From a bacterium (GTDB lineage: Bacteria; Patescibacteriota; Minisyncoccia; JAHIHE01): a stretch of 64,000 nt of DNA. Each line of letters opens with the position of its first letter. Position 1 is the first letter of the stretch. Position numbers and translations under genes: made by a program. The notes beneath the pieces are model-generated. The model ran no database searches, was not told the origin of the DNA, and saw nothing but the letters and a program-made list of their open reading frames with translations. Location of the stretch: NCBI GenBank assembly GCA_030693205.1, contig JAUYBG010000005.1:9017-73016 (forward strand), given 5' to 3'. This document shows positions 46,845 through 54,985 of the stretch, piece after piece.

Positions 46845-47039
46845 TTACTTATACGGCATCATTTTTTTAATGCCTCTTTCGTATTTTGGCAATAGGTCGG
46901 AATCTTTTCTTTTTGATCTGGTAGTTTTGCCGGTTTCTCCGGCGTTGAAATGATCCTGTCCAGCCTTGCGATGGCGAAGCTTGTTGGTCGGCGTGATCTT
47001 AAATCTTTTTGCTACCGCTTTTATTGTCTTTAATTTCAT
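46845..47039 (-). CDS. rpmI: 50S ribosomal protein bL35
   Basis: KLKT.KAVAKRFKIT, position between infC and rplT. Confidence 0.92.
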   Translation of the reverse strand: MKLKTIKAVAKRFKITPTNKLRHRKAGQDHFNAGETGKTTRSKRKDSDLLPKYERGIKKMMPYK

Positions 47040-47043
47040 AAAT

Positions 47044-47574
47044 TTATTTTTTAGCTTTTGATATTATTGCGATCAATCCCCATGATTGGCGTTTTGGCCT
47101 TTGTTCCATTATTATTTTTCCCGTAAATTTCGGATTGGAGTTTATTATTTGCAAGAATTCATTTACTTTTTTTTCAGCCAGATCGGCATGCGCTTTTTCG
47201 CGGCCTTTCATCAGGAGGTCGATCTTGATTTTTGATCCTTCATCCATAAATTTTTCGGCTTGCCTGGCTTTGGTTTCCATATCGTGCAGACTGATGCGCG
47301 GACTCAATCTTATTCCTTTCGTCTCGATCGTTTTTTGTTTTGCTTTGTGCTGGCGTTCCTGCTTGGCGATCTTATATAAATATTTTCCGAAATCCATTAT
47401 CTTGCATATCGGGGGAATGGTTTTTGGCGAGACTTCGATCAGATCCAGCCCTTGCGCCTTGGCAAGGTTGATCGCTTCCAGAGTGTTCATTGGACCGAGA
47501 TTTTTCCCCTCGCTGTCGATCACCGAAACTTCAGGAACTCTAATTTGTTCATTTATTCTAAATTTTTTTGCTAT
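47044..47574 (-). CDS. infC: Translation initiation factor IF3 (non-AUG start)
   Basis: Frame extends upstream of GTG 47523 through RINEQIRVPEV to ATA 47574 (or ATT 47589); LDLIEVSP, CKIMDFGK. Confidence 0.92.
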   Translation of the reverse strand: MAKKFRINEQIRVPEVSVIDSEGKNLGPMNTLEAINLAKAQGLDLIEVSPKTIPPICKIMDFGKYLYKIAKQERQHKAKQKTIETKGIRLSPRISLHDMETKARQAEKFMDEGSKIKIDLLMKGREKAHADLAEKKVNEFLQIINSNPKFTGKIIMEQRPKRQSWGLIAIISKAKK

Positions 47575-47595
47575 ATTTTTAAAATTAATTATTAG

Positions 47596-48026
47596 GGGTG
47601 GAGATGGCGGGAATTGAACCCGCGTCTAGAAAGAAAACCTTAAAATTATCTACTGATGTAGTCTGTTCGTTGTTTTTCGGATCTTTGGTTAGTGAACAAA
47701 CAAGAATACAAAGATCTTATGCTCGGTCTTTTCGGTGAAAGCTCGGAGCCGGGAGAATCCACCTATCCTAATTAATGACACCAGATAACCGACTATTAGG
47801 AGTTATCGGTCTGATGGGTCGTGAACCTTCAACTTGGCTTGTGGCCGAGTAATATTAGGCTACGGCGGCAGCAAAGCTAGGAACTGCAAAAGCTTGCGCT
47901 ACTGCAGACTTAACTTTACCAATAAGTGTTTTGGCACTTAAGTTTGATTCTAAAAGTTTTACGAGGTTTTAGAATACTCGATCAGCAATTTTAAGTTTCA
48001 GCTTCCTATCGAAGCCGGTCATCCCC
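47596..48026 (-). ncRNA. ssrA: tmRNA
   Basis: 5' GGGGATG / 3' CATCTCCA, T-arm GCGGGTTCAATTCCCGC, tag ORF 47935-47855; directly downstream of smpB. Confidence 0.93.
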
Positions 48027-48045
48027 AAGCGCTGCGAACAAAGCG

Positions 48046-48495
48046 TCACTTTCCGCGCAAGGCTCGCTGGATATTTCTTTTGGATTCTCGTTCACCAATC
48101 GCCGCGCGCTTGTCGAACTGCTTCTTTCCGCGCGCTACAGCAAAGGAAACTTTAATTTTTCCTATTGTGTTAGTATATACCGAAAGTGGTATCAGTGTCA
48201 AGCCTTTTTCCTTGGATTCTCCAATTAAACGGTTGATCTGATTTTTATGGAGAAGGAGCTTTCTGGTGCGGGTCGGCTCGTAGTTCAGAGGCATATTTTT
48301 GGGCTGATAATGCGAAATATGGGCGTTTAAAAGAAAGGCTTCGCCGCCGATGATGACGACGTAAGCGCCTTTTAGGCTGATATGGCCCAGTCTCGCGGCT
48401 TTTACTTCATACCCGGCCAATACCAAACCAGCCTCGAATTTATCCAGGATCTCATAATCAAATGTCGCTCGTTTGTTGGTGGCTAGTGTTGGCAT
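48046..48495 (-). CDS. smpB: SsrA-binding protein
   Basis: NKRATFDY, EAGLVL.G.EVK, RKLLLHK, GKKQFDKR. Confidence 0.97.
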   Translation of the reverse strand: MPTLATNKRATFDYEILDKFEAGLVLAGYEVKAARLGHISLKGAYVVIIGGEAFLLNAHISHYQPKNMPLNYEPTRTRKLLLHKNQINRLIGESKEKGLTLIPLSVYTNTIGKIKVSFAVARGKKQFDKRAAIGERESKRNIQRALRGK

Positions 48496-48654
48496 ATAGT
48501 TTTTTAATTACTTTAATACTACCGTAAAAAAGCGATTTTGACAATTAAATATTAAGGCACTGAATTGAATTTTTCTTTTAGTTTCATTGACGTTTCACTC
48601 AAAAAATGTTAAATTTAACATAGGAGTTGTCTATAAATTCTTAATTCTAAACCT

Positions 48655-49857
48655 ATGCGCATTGGCATTGACGCTCGCACAATTTTAAATCCCGAGCTTG
48701 GCGAAGCGATCGGGATCGGCCACTATACTTTTATGCTGATCCGCCATTTATTGAAAATGGACGCGGATTTTAAAAATGGAAAAAATGAATACGTTTTATT
48801 TTTTGATAATCGCGTAAGGAAAAAAGATATTGAACGGTTTAAGATTACCGGAGTAAAGATCGTTAACTTTCCTTTTTCTTCGTACCGAAGGTATTTGCCG
48901 GGAGTTTATTCGGAAATTTTGGTTAACGCGATGTTTTCGCGCGAGAAGCTGGACATTCTTCATTCACCCGGCGGTTCAATCCCGTTGTCTTATCGTGGCA
49001 AGACAGTAGTGACGGAATCCGGCATCGGTATTCGCAAATTCAGCGATATGTTTCCGCCTTATCAGAGGTTGAGTGCGTCTTTCGCCAAATCTATTTTAGT
49101 CAAAACAAATCATATCATTGTTAATTCCTGGGCGGCGAAAAAAGACACGATTGATTGCTTTGGCATTAAAGCGGAAAAAATAACCCCGATATATAAAGGC
49201 GTTGATCAGAGGTTTTTCGATAAGGTTAGTCAAAATGAAATTGCCAGAGTAAAAGAAAAATATAAGATCAAAGGCAGATATTTCTTGTTTTTGAGCACTA
49301 TCAAGCCGATCAATAATTTGGTTGGGTTAGTCAGGTCTTTTGCCGAAGTGCGCGGAAAAATTCTCAAAGACGCGAAGGATACGCATTTTGCGCTGGAGAA
49401 CGATTGCTCCAACTGCCAGTTGGTTTTAGCCGGCAAGGAAGGGTGGCTGAGCGCCGAAGAAGTGGCGGAAACGGCCAAAGAACTGCAAATTGAAAAAGAT
49501 ATTATTTTAACCGGCTATGTTCCGCCGGAAGATCTGAATGGAATTATCCAGGGAGCGGATCTGTTTTTGTTCCCGCCATTTTATGAGGAATTCGGCGCGC
49601 CGGCCCTAGAAGCGATGGCTTCCGGAGTGCCGGTCATAGCTTCGAGAATTCCGTCGCTGGAAGAAATTTTGGGAAATGGCGCGATATTTATTGATCCGAA
49701 TAATACTGATCATTGGGCGCGAGAAATTGTTAGCCTGATCAATAACAAAAGCCGCCAGAGCGAACTTATCCGGCTTGGCGCGGCGCAAGCAAAAAAATAT
49801 ACTTGGGAAAAAACGGCGGAAGAAACGCTTAGGGTTTATAAAAATATTGTAAAGTAG
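48655..49857 (+). CDS. GT4 family glycosyltransferase
   Basis: MRIGIDAR, GIGHY, EEFGAPALEAMASG.PV. Confidence 0.9.
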   Translation: MRIGIDARTILNPELGEAIGIGHYTFMLIRHLLKMDADFKNGKNEYVLFFDNRVRKKDIERFKITGVKIVNFPFSSYRRYLPGVYSEILVNAMFSREKLDILHSPGGSIPLSYRGKTVVTESGIGIRKFSDMFPPYQRLSASFAKSILVKTNHIIVNSWAAKKDTIDCFGIKAEKITPIYKGVDQRFFDKVSQNEIARVKEKYKIKGRYFLFLSTIKPINNLVGLVRSFAEVRGKILKDAKDTHFALENDCSNCQLVLAGKEGWLSAEEVAETAKELQIEKDIILTGYVPPEDLNGIIQGADLFLFPPFYEEFGAPALEAMASGVPVIASRIPSLEEILGNGAIFIDPNNTDHWAREIVSLINNKSRQSELIRLGAAQAKKYTWEKTAEETLRVYKNIVK

Positions 49858-49884
49858 TTGTTTAAGCGGCTATTTTTTGCAACG

Positions 49885-50208
49885 ATGACAGAATTTTTAG
49901 AAAAAAACATAAAAAAACTTAAGAAAATTGCCGGATCCTCATTATTCGCGGCTCTGCCTCTAGAACCGGTTACGATGAAGCCGATGGCAAACTTGATCGA
50001 TTCGCTTCTTAATACTATTTTGGCAATAGTTGCCGGCCTTGGAATTTTGTTTTTGATCATCGGCGGCATAAGATACATCAGAAGCTGGGGAGATTCCGAC
50101 CAAATGGAAAAGGCGAAAAAAATGATCACTTATGTGATTATAGGTTTGGTAGTGATTTTAGTGTCTTATTCCGTGATAGCTACTTTGGATACGATAATTA
50201 ACGGATAG
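49885..50208 (+). CDS. Pilin-like protein (TrbC/VirB2-type)
   Basis: Two TMs around IIGGIRYI.S.GD...KAKK.I. Confidence 0.7.
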   Translation: MTEFLEKNIKKLKKIAGSSLFAALPLEPVTMKPMANLIDSLLNTILAIVAGLGILFLIIGGIRYIRSWGDSDQMEKAKKMITYVIIGLVVILVSYSVIATLDTIING

Positions 50209-50303
50209 TTGACAAAATGCAAAATTAGTTTATGATTAATTTAAACAAATTACAGGAGGAATAAAGTATAAAAGGAAAAAATAACAATATTGTTTCTCCT
50301 ATT

Positions 50304-50567
50304 GTGGATAATGGGGGAAACGGAAGAAAAGTAGCATATTGTCCTCATCATGAAATGATATTATGCAATGAATTTATGGCAAAAAAAGGGTGTCTTAAAA
50401 ACTGCAATCATGTAATGACGGTAAAAAAGAAGTATATACATAAATTAAAAAAATATACAAGAACGACGGATATAGACACAAAACTGCGTGATCTGCAAAA
50501 TACCGTAAATAATGGCATAAAAGTGGATTATGATTATTGGAATGCAGTTCTGTATAGCAGGCATTGA
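50304..50567 (+). CDS. Small Cys/His-containing hypothetical protein
   Basis: CPHH...C...GC...C.H; promoter TTGACA at 50209; SD at 50254 suggests possible in-frame ATA start at 50268. Confidence 0.5.
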   Translation: MDNGGNGRKVAYCPHHEMILCNEFMAKKGCLKNCNHVMTVKKKYIHKLKKYTRTTDIDTKLRDLQNTVNNGIKVDYDYWNAVLYSRH

Positions 50568-50636
50568 TTGTCTGCTTATTTTTTTTGACCAAATTGTTTT
50601 TTTCAGTTAAACTAAAAGAAGTATTAAAAGTAATTC

Positions 50637-50695
50637 ACCCCGTTAAATAGGTTGCAATACAACCTAAAATTCTGAAGGATTTTATTTAACAGGGT
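50637..50695. repeat. Palindromic element upstream of ileS
   Basis: ACCCCGTTAAATA...TATTTAACAGGGT enclosing TAGGTTG/CAACCTA hairpin. Confidence 0.65.
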
Positions 50696-50702
50696 AAAAT
50701 AT

Positions 50703-53700
50703 ATGAAAAATAAAGCGGAACAAAAGCAAAAATCTGAAGTGGCGCTTCGGGAAGAAGCGATTTTGAAATTTTGGGAGGAAAACAAGATTTTTCAAAAATC
50801 CGTCAATCAGCGTTCGGGATCAAAAGAATTCGTTTTTTATGAAGGTCCGCCGACTGCCAACGGGAAACCCGGAATTCATCATGTTTTGGCGAGGTCTTTC
50901 AAAGACATAGTCTGCCGTTATAAAACAATGCGGGGATATAGGGTTGAGCGGAAAGCCGGCTGGGATACGCATGGGCTTCCGGTAGAGCTTCAGGTGGAAA
51001 AAGAATTAAAAATTTCTTCTAAGCCTGAAATAGAAAAATATGGCATTGAAGAATTTAATAAGAAATGCAAAGCGTCGGTTTGGGAATACAAAGACGAGTG
51101 GGAACGCCTGACCAAGCGCATCGCTTTCTGGCTGGACTTGGAGCATCCTTACATAACTTATAGCAACGAGTATATTGAATCAGTTTGGTGGATTCTGTCG
51201 GAAATTTACAAAAAAGGCTTGCTTTACGAAGGCCACAAAGTTGTGCCGTATTGTTCGCGCTGCGGCACGGGGCTCTCGAGCCATGAAGTGGCGCAAGGAT
51301 ATAAAAAAATACCGGAAAAATCCGTATATGTGAAATTCAAAGTCAAAAGCCGGCTGGGCACGGGGATTGTCGTCGTCAACGAAAAAGGCGAGATATTGTT
51401 GGGGAAAAGGATCAAAACCGGTCAATGGACTTTGCCCGGAGGAAAAGTGGAAAAAGGCGAAACATACGAAGAAACGATCGTACGCGAGACCAAAGAAGAA
51501 ACAGGGATTGATATCGAGATCGTGAAAACTTTGGGATTGGCCGAAAGCATAATTGACGGCGCGCATTGGCGGTATCAGAATTTCATCGGCCGCGCAAAAG
51601 GCGGGGAATTGAAAGACGAAAAAGGAAAGATCGAAGGCTGGAAATGGATCGCGCCGGATAAATTGCCGGAAAATATTTACGAGCCGAGCGGAAAAACCTT
51701 GAAGCTTTTTTTGGCTGATAAAAAAGGGATTATAAGTGATGTCTTGGTGCATGAAAATGATTCCACATATTTTTTGGTTTGGACCACTACGCCGTGGACT
51801 TTGCCGGGAAATGTGGCACTGGCAGTAGGAAAGGATATTGATTATGTAATAATTAAGTATTTTGGCAATAAATCGTCCAGAAGTATCATTGGGAGCGGGA
51901 ATAGAAAAGAAGGATTAACTGAATCTACAATATTAGCTCCAGGTAATTATATAATAGCCAAAGATATTTTACAAAAAAACTTGGAATCAAATGCGGGGCT
52001 TATAGAAATCAGATATTTGTTCGGTAACATTGATGTGTTTAATGAGAATTTAAGGAAGCATCCTGCGCATCAAGATCTTGACGGTTTATTAAAAGCATAT
52101 AATTTTGATGTTATTAAAGGATCTGAACTTGTCGGTTTGGAATACAAACAATTATTTGATTTTGTAAAACCGGACCCGCTTTCTCCGTCAGTAGGCGGAT
52201 TCAGCGAGGCAAGTAAGCCTGCATTTCGAGTCGTGGCTGGGGATTTTGTGACCACGCAAGACGGTTCGGGCATAGTTCATATTGCGCCGGCGTTTGGCGA
52301 GGATGATATGCGAGTGGCAAAAGAAAATGATTTGCCGGTTTTGATGACTGTGAATTTGCAAGGCAAATTTATTCCGGAAATTACTCCATGGGCGGGAAAA
52401 TATGTGGCCAGAGAAGAAACCAATAAAGAGATTATTACCGAATTGGACAAGAGAAAAGTTTTATTCAAAACCGAAGATATAGAGCATGATTATCCTTTTT
52501 GCTGGCGATGCAATACGAAACTGATCTATTACGCCAAAAAATCTTGGTTTATTAAGATGTCTGATCCGAAAATCAAGAAAGCTTTGATCGAAAATAACGA
52601 AAAAATAAACTGGATACCGGAACATATCAAGAAAGGCCGGATGGGCGAGTGGCTCCGCGAAATAAAAGATTGGGCACTGAGCCGCGAGCGCTATTGGGGA
52701 ACGCCGCTGCCGATTTGGAAATGCGCCAAATGCGGAGATGATAAAATAATCGGTTCGATCGCGGAACTGGAAAAATTTGGCGGTAAGAAACTGGAAGACT
52801 TGCACAGACCGTTCATAGACAAAGTTATTTTTAAGTGCGATAAATGCGGCGGCGAAATGAAGAGGATCACGGACGTGATTGATTGCTGGTTTGATTCCGG
52901 CTCAATGCCTTTCAGTCAATGGCATTATCCTTTTGAAAACAAAGAATTAGTCGACCCTTCGACAGGCTCAGGGCAGGCTAAAGGCAAGAAATTTCCGGCT
53001 GATTATATTTCCGAAGCGATCGATCAGACAAGAGGGTGGTTCTATACTTTGCTGGCGATTGCCACGCTTTTGGGAAAAAGCGCGCCTTACAAGAATGTCA
53101 TAACTTACGGCCATATTCTGGACGCGAAAGGCCAAAAAATGAGCAAATCCAAAGGCAATGTCGTCAGTCCATGGGAAGTGGCTGATAAATATGGCATAGA
53201 TATTTTGCGCTGGTATTTTTATACGGTCGGCGGACCCGGAGAGCCGAAGCGTTTTGATTTCAAGGATCTTAATGAAGTGCAAAATAAATTTTATCGCACT
53301 TTATGGAATTCATATCAATTTTTTAAGACATACGCGGGCAAAGCCAAAAGCCAAAAGCCCACAGCCAAAAATCAAAATTTATTGGATAAGTGGATTGTTT
53401 CGCGGCTCAATGAAACGATTTTTGAAACGACAAAACTTTTGGATGATTATGATATTATTCGCTCGGCTCGTCTTATCGGCGATTTTACGGATGATCTGTC
53501 GAATTGGTATATCCGCCGCTCACGCGACAGGATGCGGGTTGAGGAATCCGCGGCCCTTTGGACGCTTTTGGCGGTCTTGAGCGAATTGACAAAGCTTGCC
53601 GCGCCTTTCGTGCCGTTTATTTCAGAAGAAATTTATCGAGATATTAAAACAGGCGGTTCTCCGGAAAGCATTCATCTTTCGGATTGGCCGAAAGCCGATG

Positions 53701-54266
53701 AAAAATTAATTGATAAGAAATTAAACGAGGAAATGAAATTAGTCCGTGAAATTGTTACTTTGGGTTTGGCCGCGCGCGCGAAATCAAAAATTAAAGTCAG
53801 GCAGCCTTTGGCCCTGCTGGAAGTTCAGGGAACGAAAGAAAAAATAAAAGCCGACTTGTTGGAATTAGTAAACGATGAATTGAATGTTAAAAAAGTAGCT
53901 TTTGTTTCTGAGGTTAGCGCAAAGAGCGGTTGGATATCGGAAACTAATGGCCGGATTGCAATTGCGCTTGATACAAAAATCACCGATGAACTTAAAGAAG
54001 AGGGAGTTGTTCGCGATATTGCGCGGCATATCCAGACAATGCGCAAAGACTTGGGTTTGACCAAGGAAGATTTGATCGAAGTTTTTTACGGAAAAAACGG
54101 AAGTGCGGGGAAAATTTTCGCCAATGCCAAATGGCAAAAATATATCAAAGAAAAAACCATTACGAAAAATATCGATAAATATGAAGAAGGCGGAAAATAC
54201 GATATGGAAAAAGATTTGGAGATCGAAGGCGAAAAAATTAAATTCGCGGTTAAGAAAGTGAAATAA
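50703..54266 (+). CDS. ileS: Isoleucine-tRNA ligase, type 2, with inserted Nudix domain
   Basis: EGPPTANGKPGIHH, GWDTHGLPVE, WTTTPWT, GSGIVH.AP, SRERYWG, DQTRGWF, KMSKS. Confidence 0.95.
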   Translation: MKNKAEQKQKSEVALREEAILKFWEENKIFQKSVNQRSGSKEFVFYEGPPTANGKPGIHHVLARSFKDIVCRYKTMRGYRVERKAGWDTHGLPVELQVEKELKISSKPEIEKYGIEEFNKKCKASVWEYKDEWERLTKRIAFWLDLEHPYITYSNEYIESVWWILSEIYKKGLLYEGHKVVPYCSRCGTGLSSHEVAQGYKKIPEKSVYVKFKVKSRLGTGIVVVNEKGEILLGKRIKTGQWTLPGGKVEKGETYEETIVRETKEETGIDIEIVKTLGLAESIIDGAHWRYQNFIGRAKGGELKDEKGKIEGWKWIAPDKLPENIYEPSGKTLKLFLADKKGIISDVLVHENDSTYFLVWTTTPWTLPGNVALAVGKDIDYVIIKYFGNKSSRSIIGSGNRKEGLTESTILAPGNYIIAKDILQKNLESNAGLIEIRYLFGNIDVFNENLRKHPAHQDLDGLLKAYNFDVIKGSELVGLEYKQLFDFVKPDPLSPSVGGFSEASKPAFRVVAGDFVTTQDGSGIVHIAPAFGEDDMRVAKENDLPVLMTVNLQGKFIPEITPWAGKYVAREETNKEIITELDKRKVLFKTEDIEHDYPFCWRCNTKLIYYAKKSWFIKMSDPKIKKALIENNEKINWIPEHIKKGRMGEWLREIKDWALSRERYWGTPLPIWKCAKCGDDKIIGSIAELEKFGGKKLEDLHRPFIDKVIFKCDKCGGEMKRITDVIDCWFDSGSMPFSQWHYPFENKELVDPSTGSGQAKGKKFPADYISEAIDQTRGWFYTLLAIATLLGKSAPYKNVITYGHILDAKGQKMSKSKGNVVSPWEVADKYGIDILRWYFYTVGGPGEPKRFDFKDLNEVQNKFYRTLWNSYQFFKTYAGKAKSQKPTAKNQNLLDKWIVSRLNETIFETTKLLDDYDIIRSARLIGDFTDDLSNWYIRRSRDRMRVEESAALWTLLAVLSELTKLAAPFVPFISEEIYRDIKTGGSPESIHLSDWPKADEKLIDKKLNEEMKLVREIVTLGLAARAKSKIKVRQPLALLEVQGTKEKIKADLLELVNDELNVKKVAFVSEVSAKSGWISETNGRIAIALDTKITDELKEEGVVRDIARHIQTMRKDLGLTKEDLIEVFYGKNGSAGKIFANAKWQKYIKEKTITKNIDKYEEGGKYDMEKDLEIEGEKIKFAVKKVK

Positions 54267-54267
54267 T

Positions 54268-54912
54268 ATGGAACTCCCTTATTCGCAGGAAGGTATAATT
54301 TTAGCCAGCGATTATTATAAAGACAGGGACAGGATACTGACTGTCTATACCAAGGATATAGGCAAGATCCGCGCTATTTGCCGCGGGTCAAGAAGCATTA
54401 CTTCAAAACTGGCGCCGCACTTGAAAGTGCTCGATTACGTGGATTTAATGCTATTTGACGGCAAGGCCTTGATCACTATTACTAAGGCATCCGAGATCAG
54501 ATCTTTCCGGAATTTAAAAAACGATTTTGAGCGATCCGCGATCGCGCTATACGCGGCGGAATTGGTTAATATTTCGACAATAGAAAGATTACCCGATCAA
54601 AAAATTTTCAACCTTTTATTGGATCTGTTCGAGTATTTAGATTCGAAAAGCATTGGTAAAAACGCAATACCTGCCAGTGAAGAAATAGTATTGGCGTTCA
54701 AGTTGAAGCTGCTGGATATTTTAGGATTGCGGCCGATGGAGATAGCGGAAGACCATAAAGATGGTTTAAGAATAATCGAGGAAGGTTTTTCATATTTGGA
54801 AAATATTGGCTGGCAAGCGATAGGGAAGGAGAAGCTGGGAAAGCTCTTGGATCATTCGCTGGAAGATATACTGAACAGGCAAGTGATGAGCTTTGGCAAG
54901 TTTATTTGTTGA
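54268..54912 (+). CDS. recO: DNA repair protein RecO
   Basis: GIIL...Y.D.DRIL..YT...GKI.A..RG.R...SKL. Confidence 0.85.
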   Translation: MELPYSQEGIILASDYYKDRDRILTVYTKDIGKIRAICRGSRSITSKLAPHLKVLDYVDLMLFDGKALITITKASEIRSFRNLKNDFERSAIALYAAELVNISTIERLPDQKIFNLLLDLFEYLDSKSIGKNAIPASEEIVLAFKLKLLDILGLRPMEIAEDHKDGLRIIEEGFSYLENIGWQAIGKEKLGKLLDHSLEDILNRQVMSFGKFIC

Positions 54913-54985
54913 TAATTATTTTTTAAAAATAGAAGAAAGTGATATAATAAGTAATAGTTATAAAGCTTCTAAAGCAATAATAAAC

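Noticed and set aside
51348-51760. Intein in IleRS
   Set aside because: No HINT or C-terminal HN motifs; the insert is a Nudix fold.
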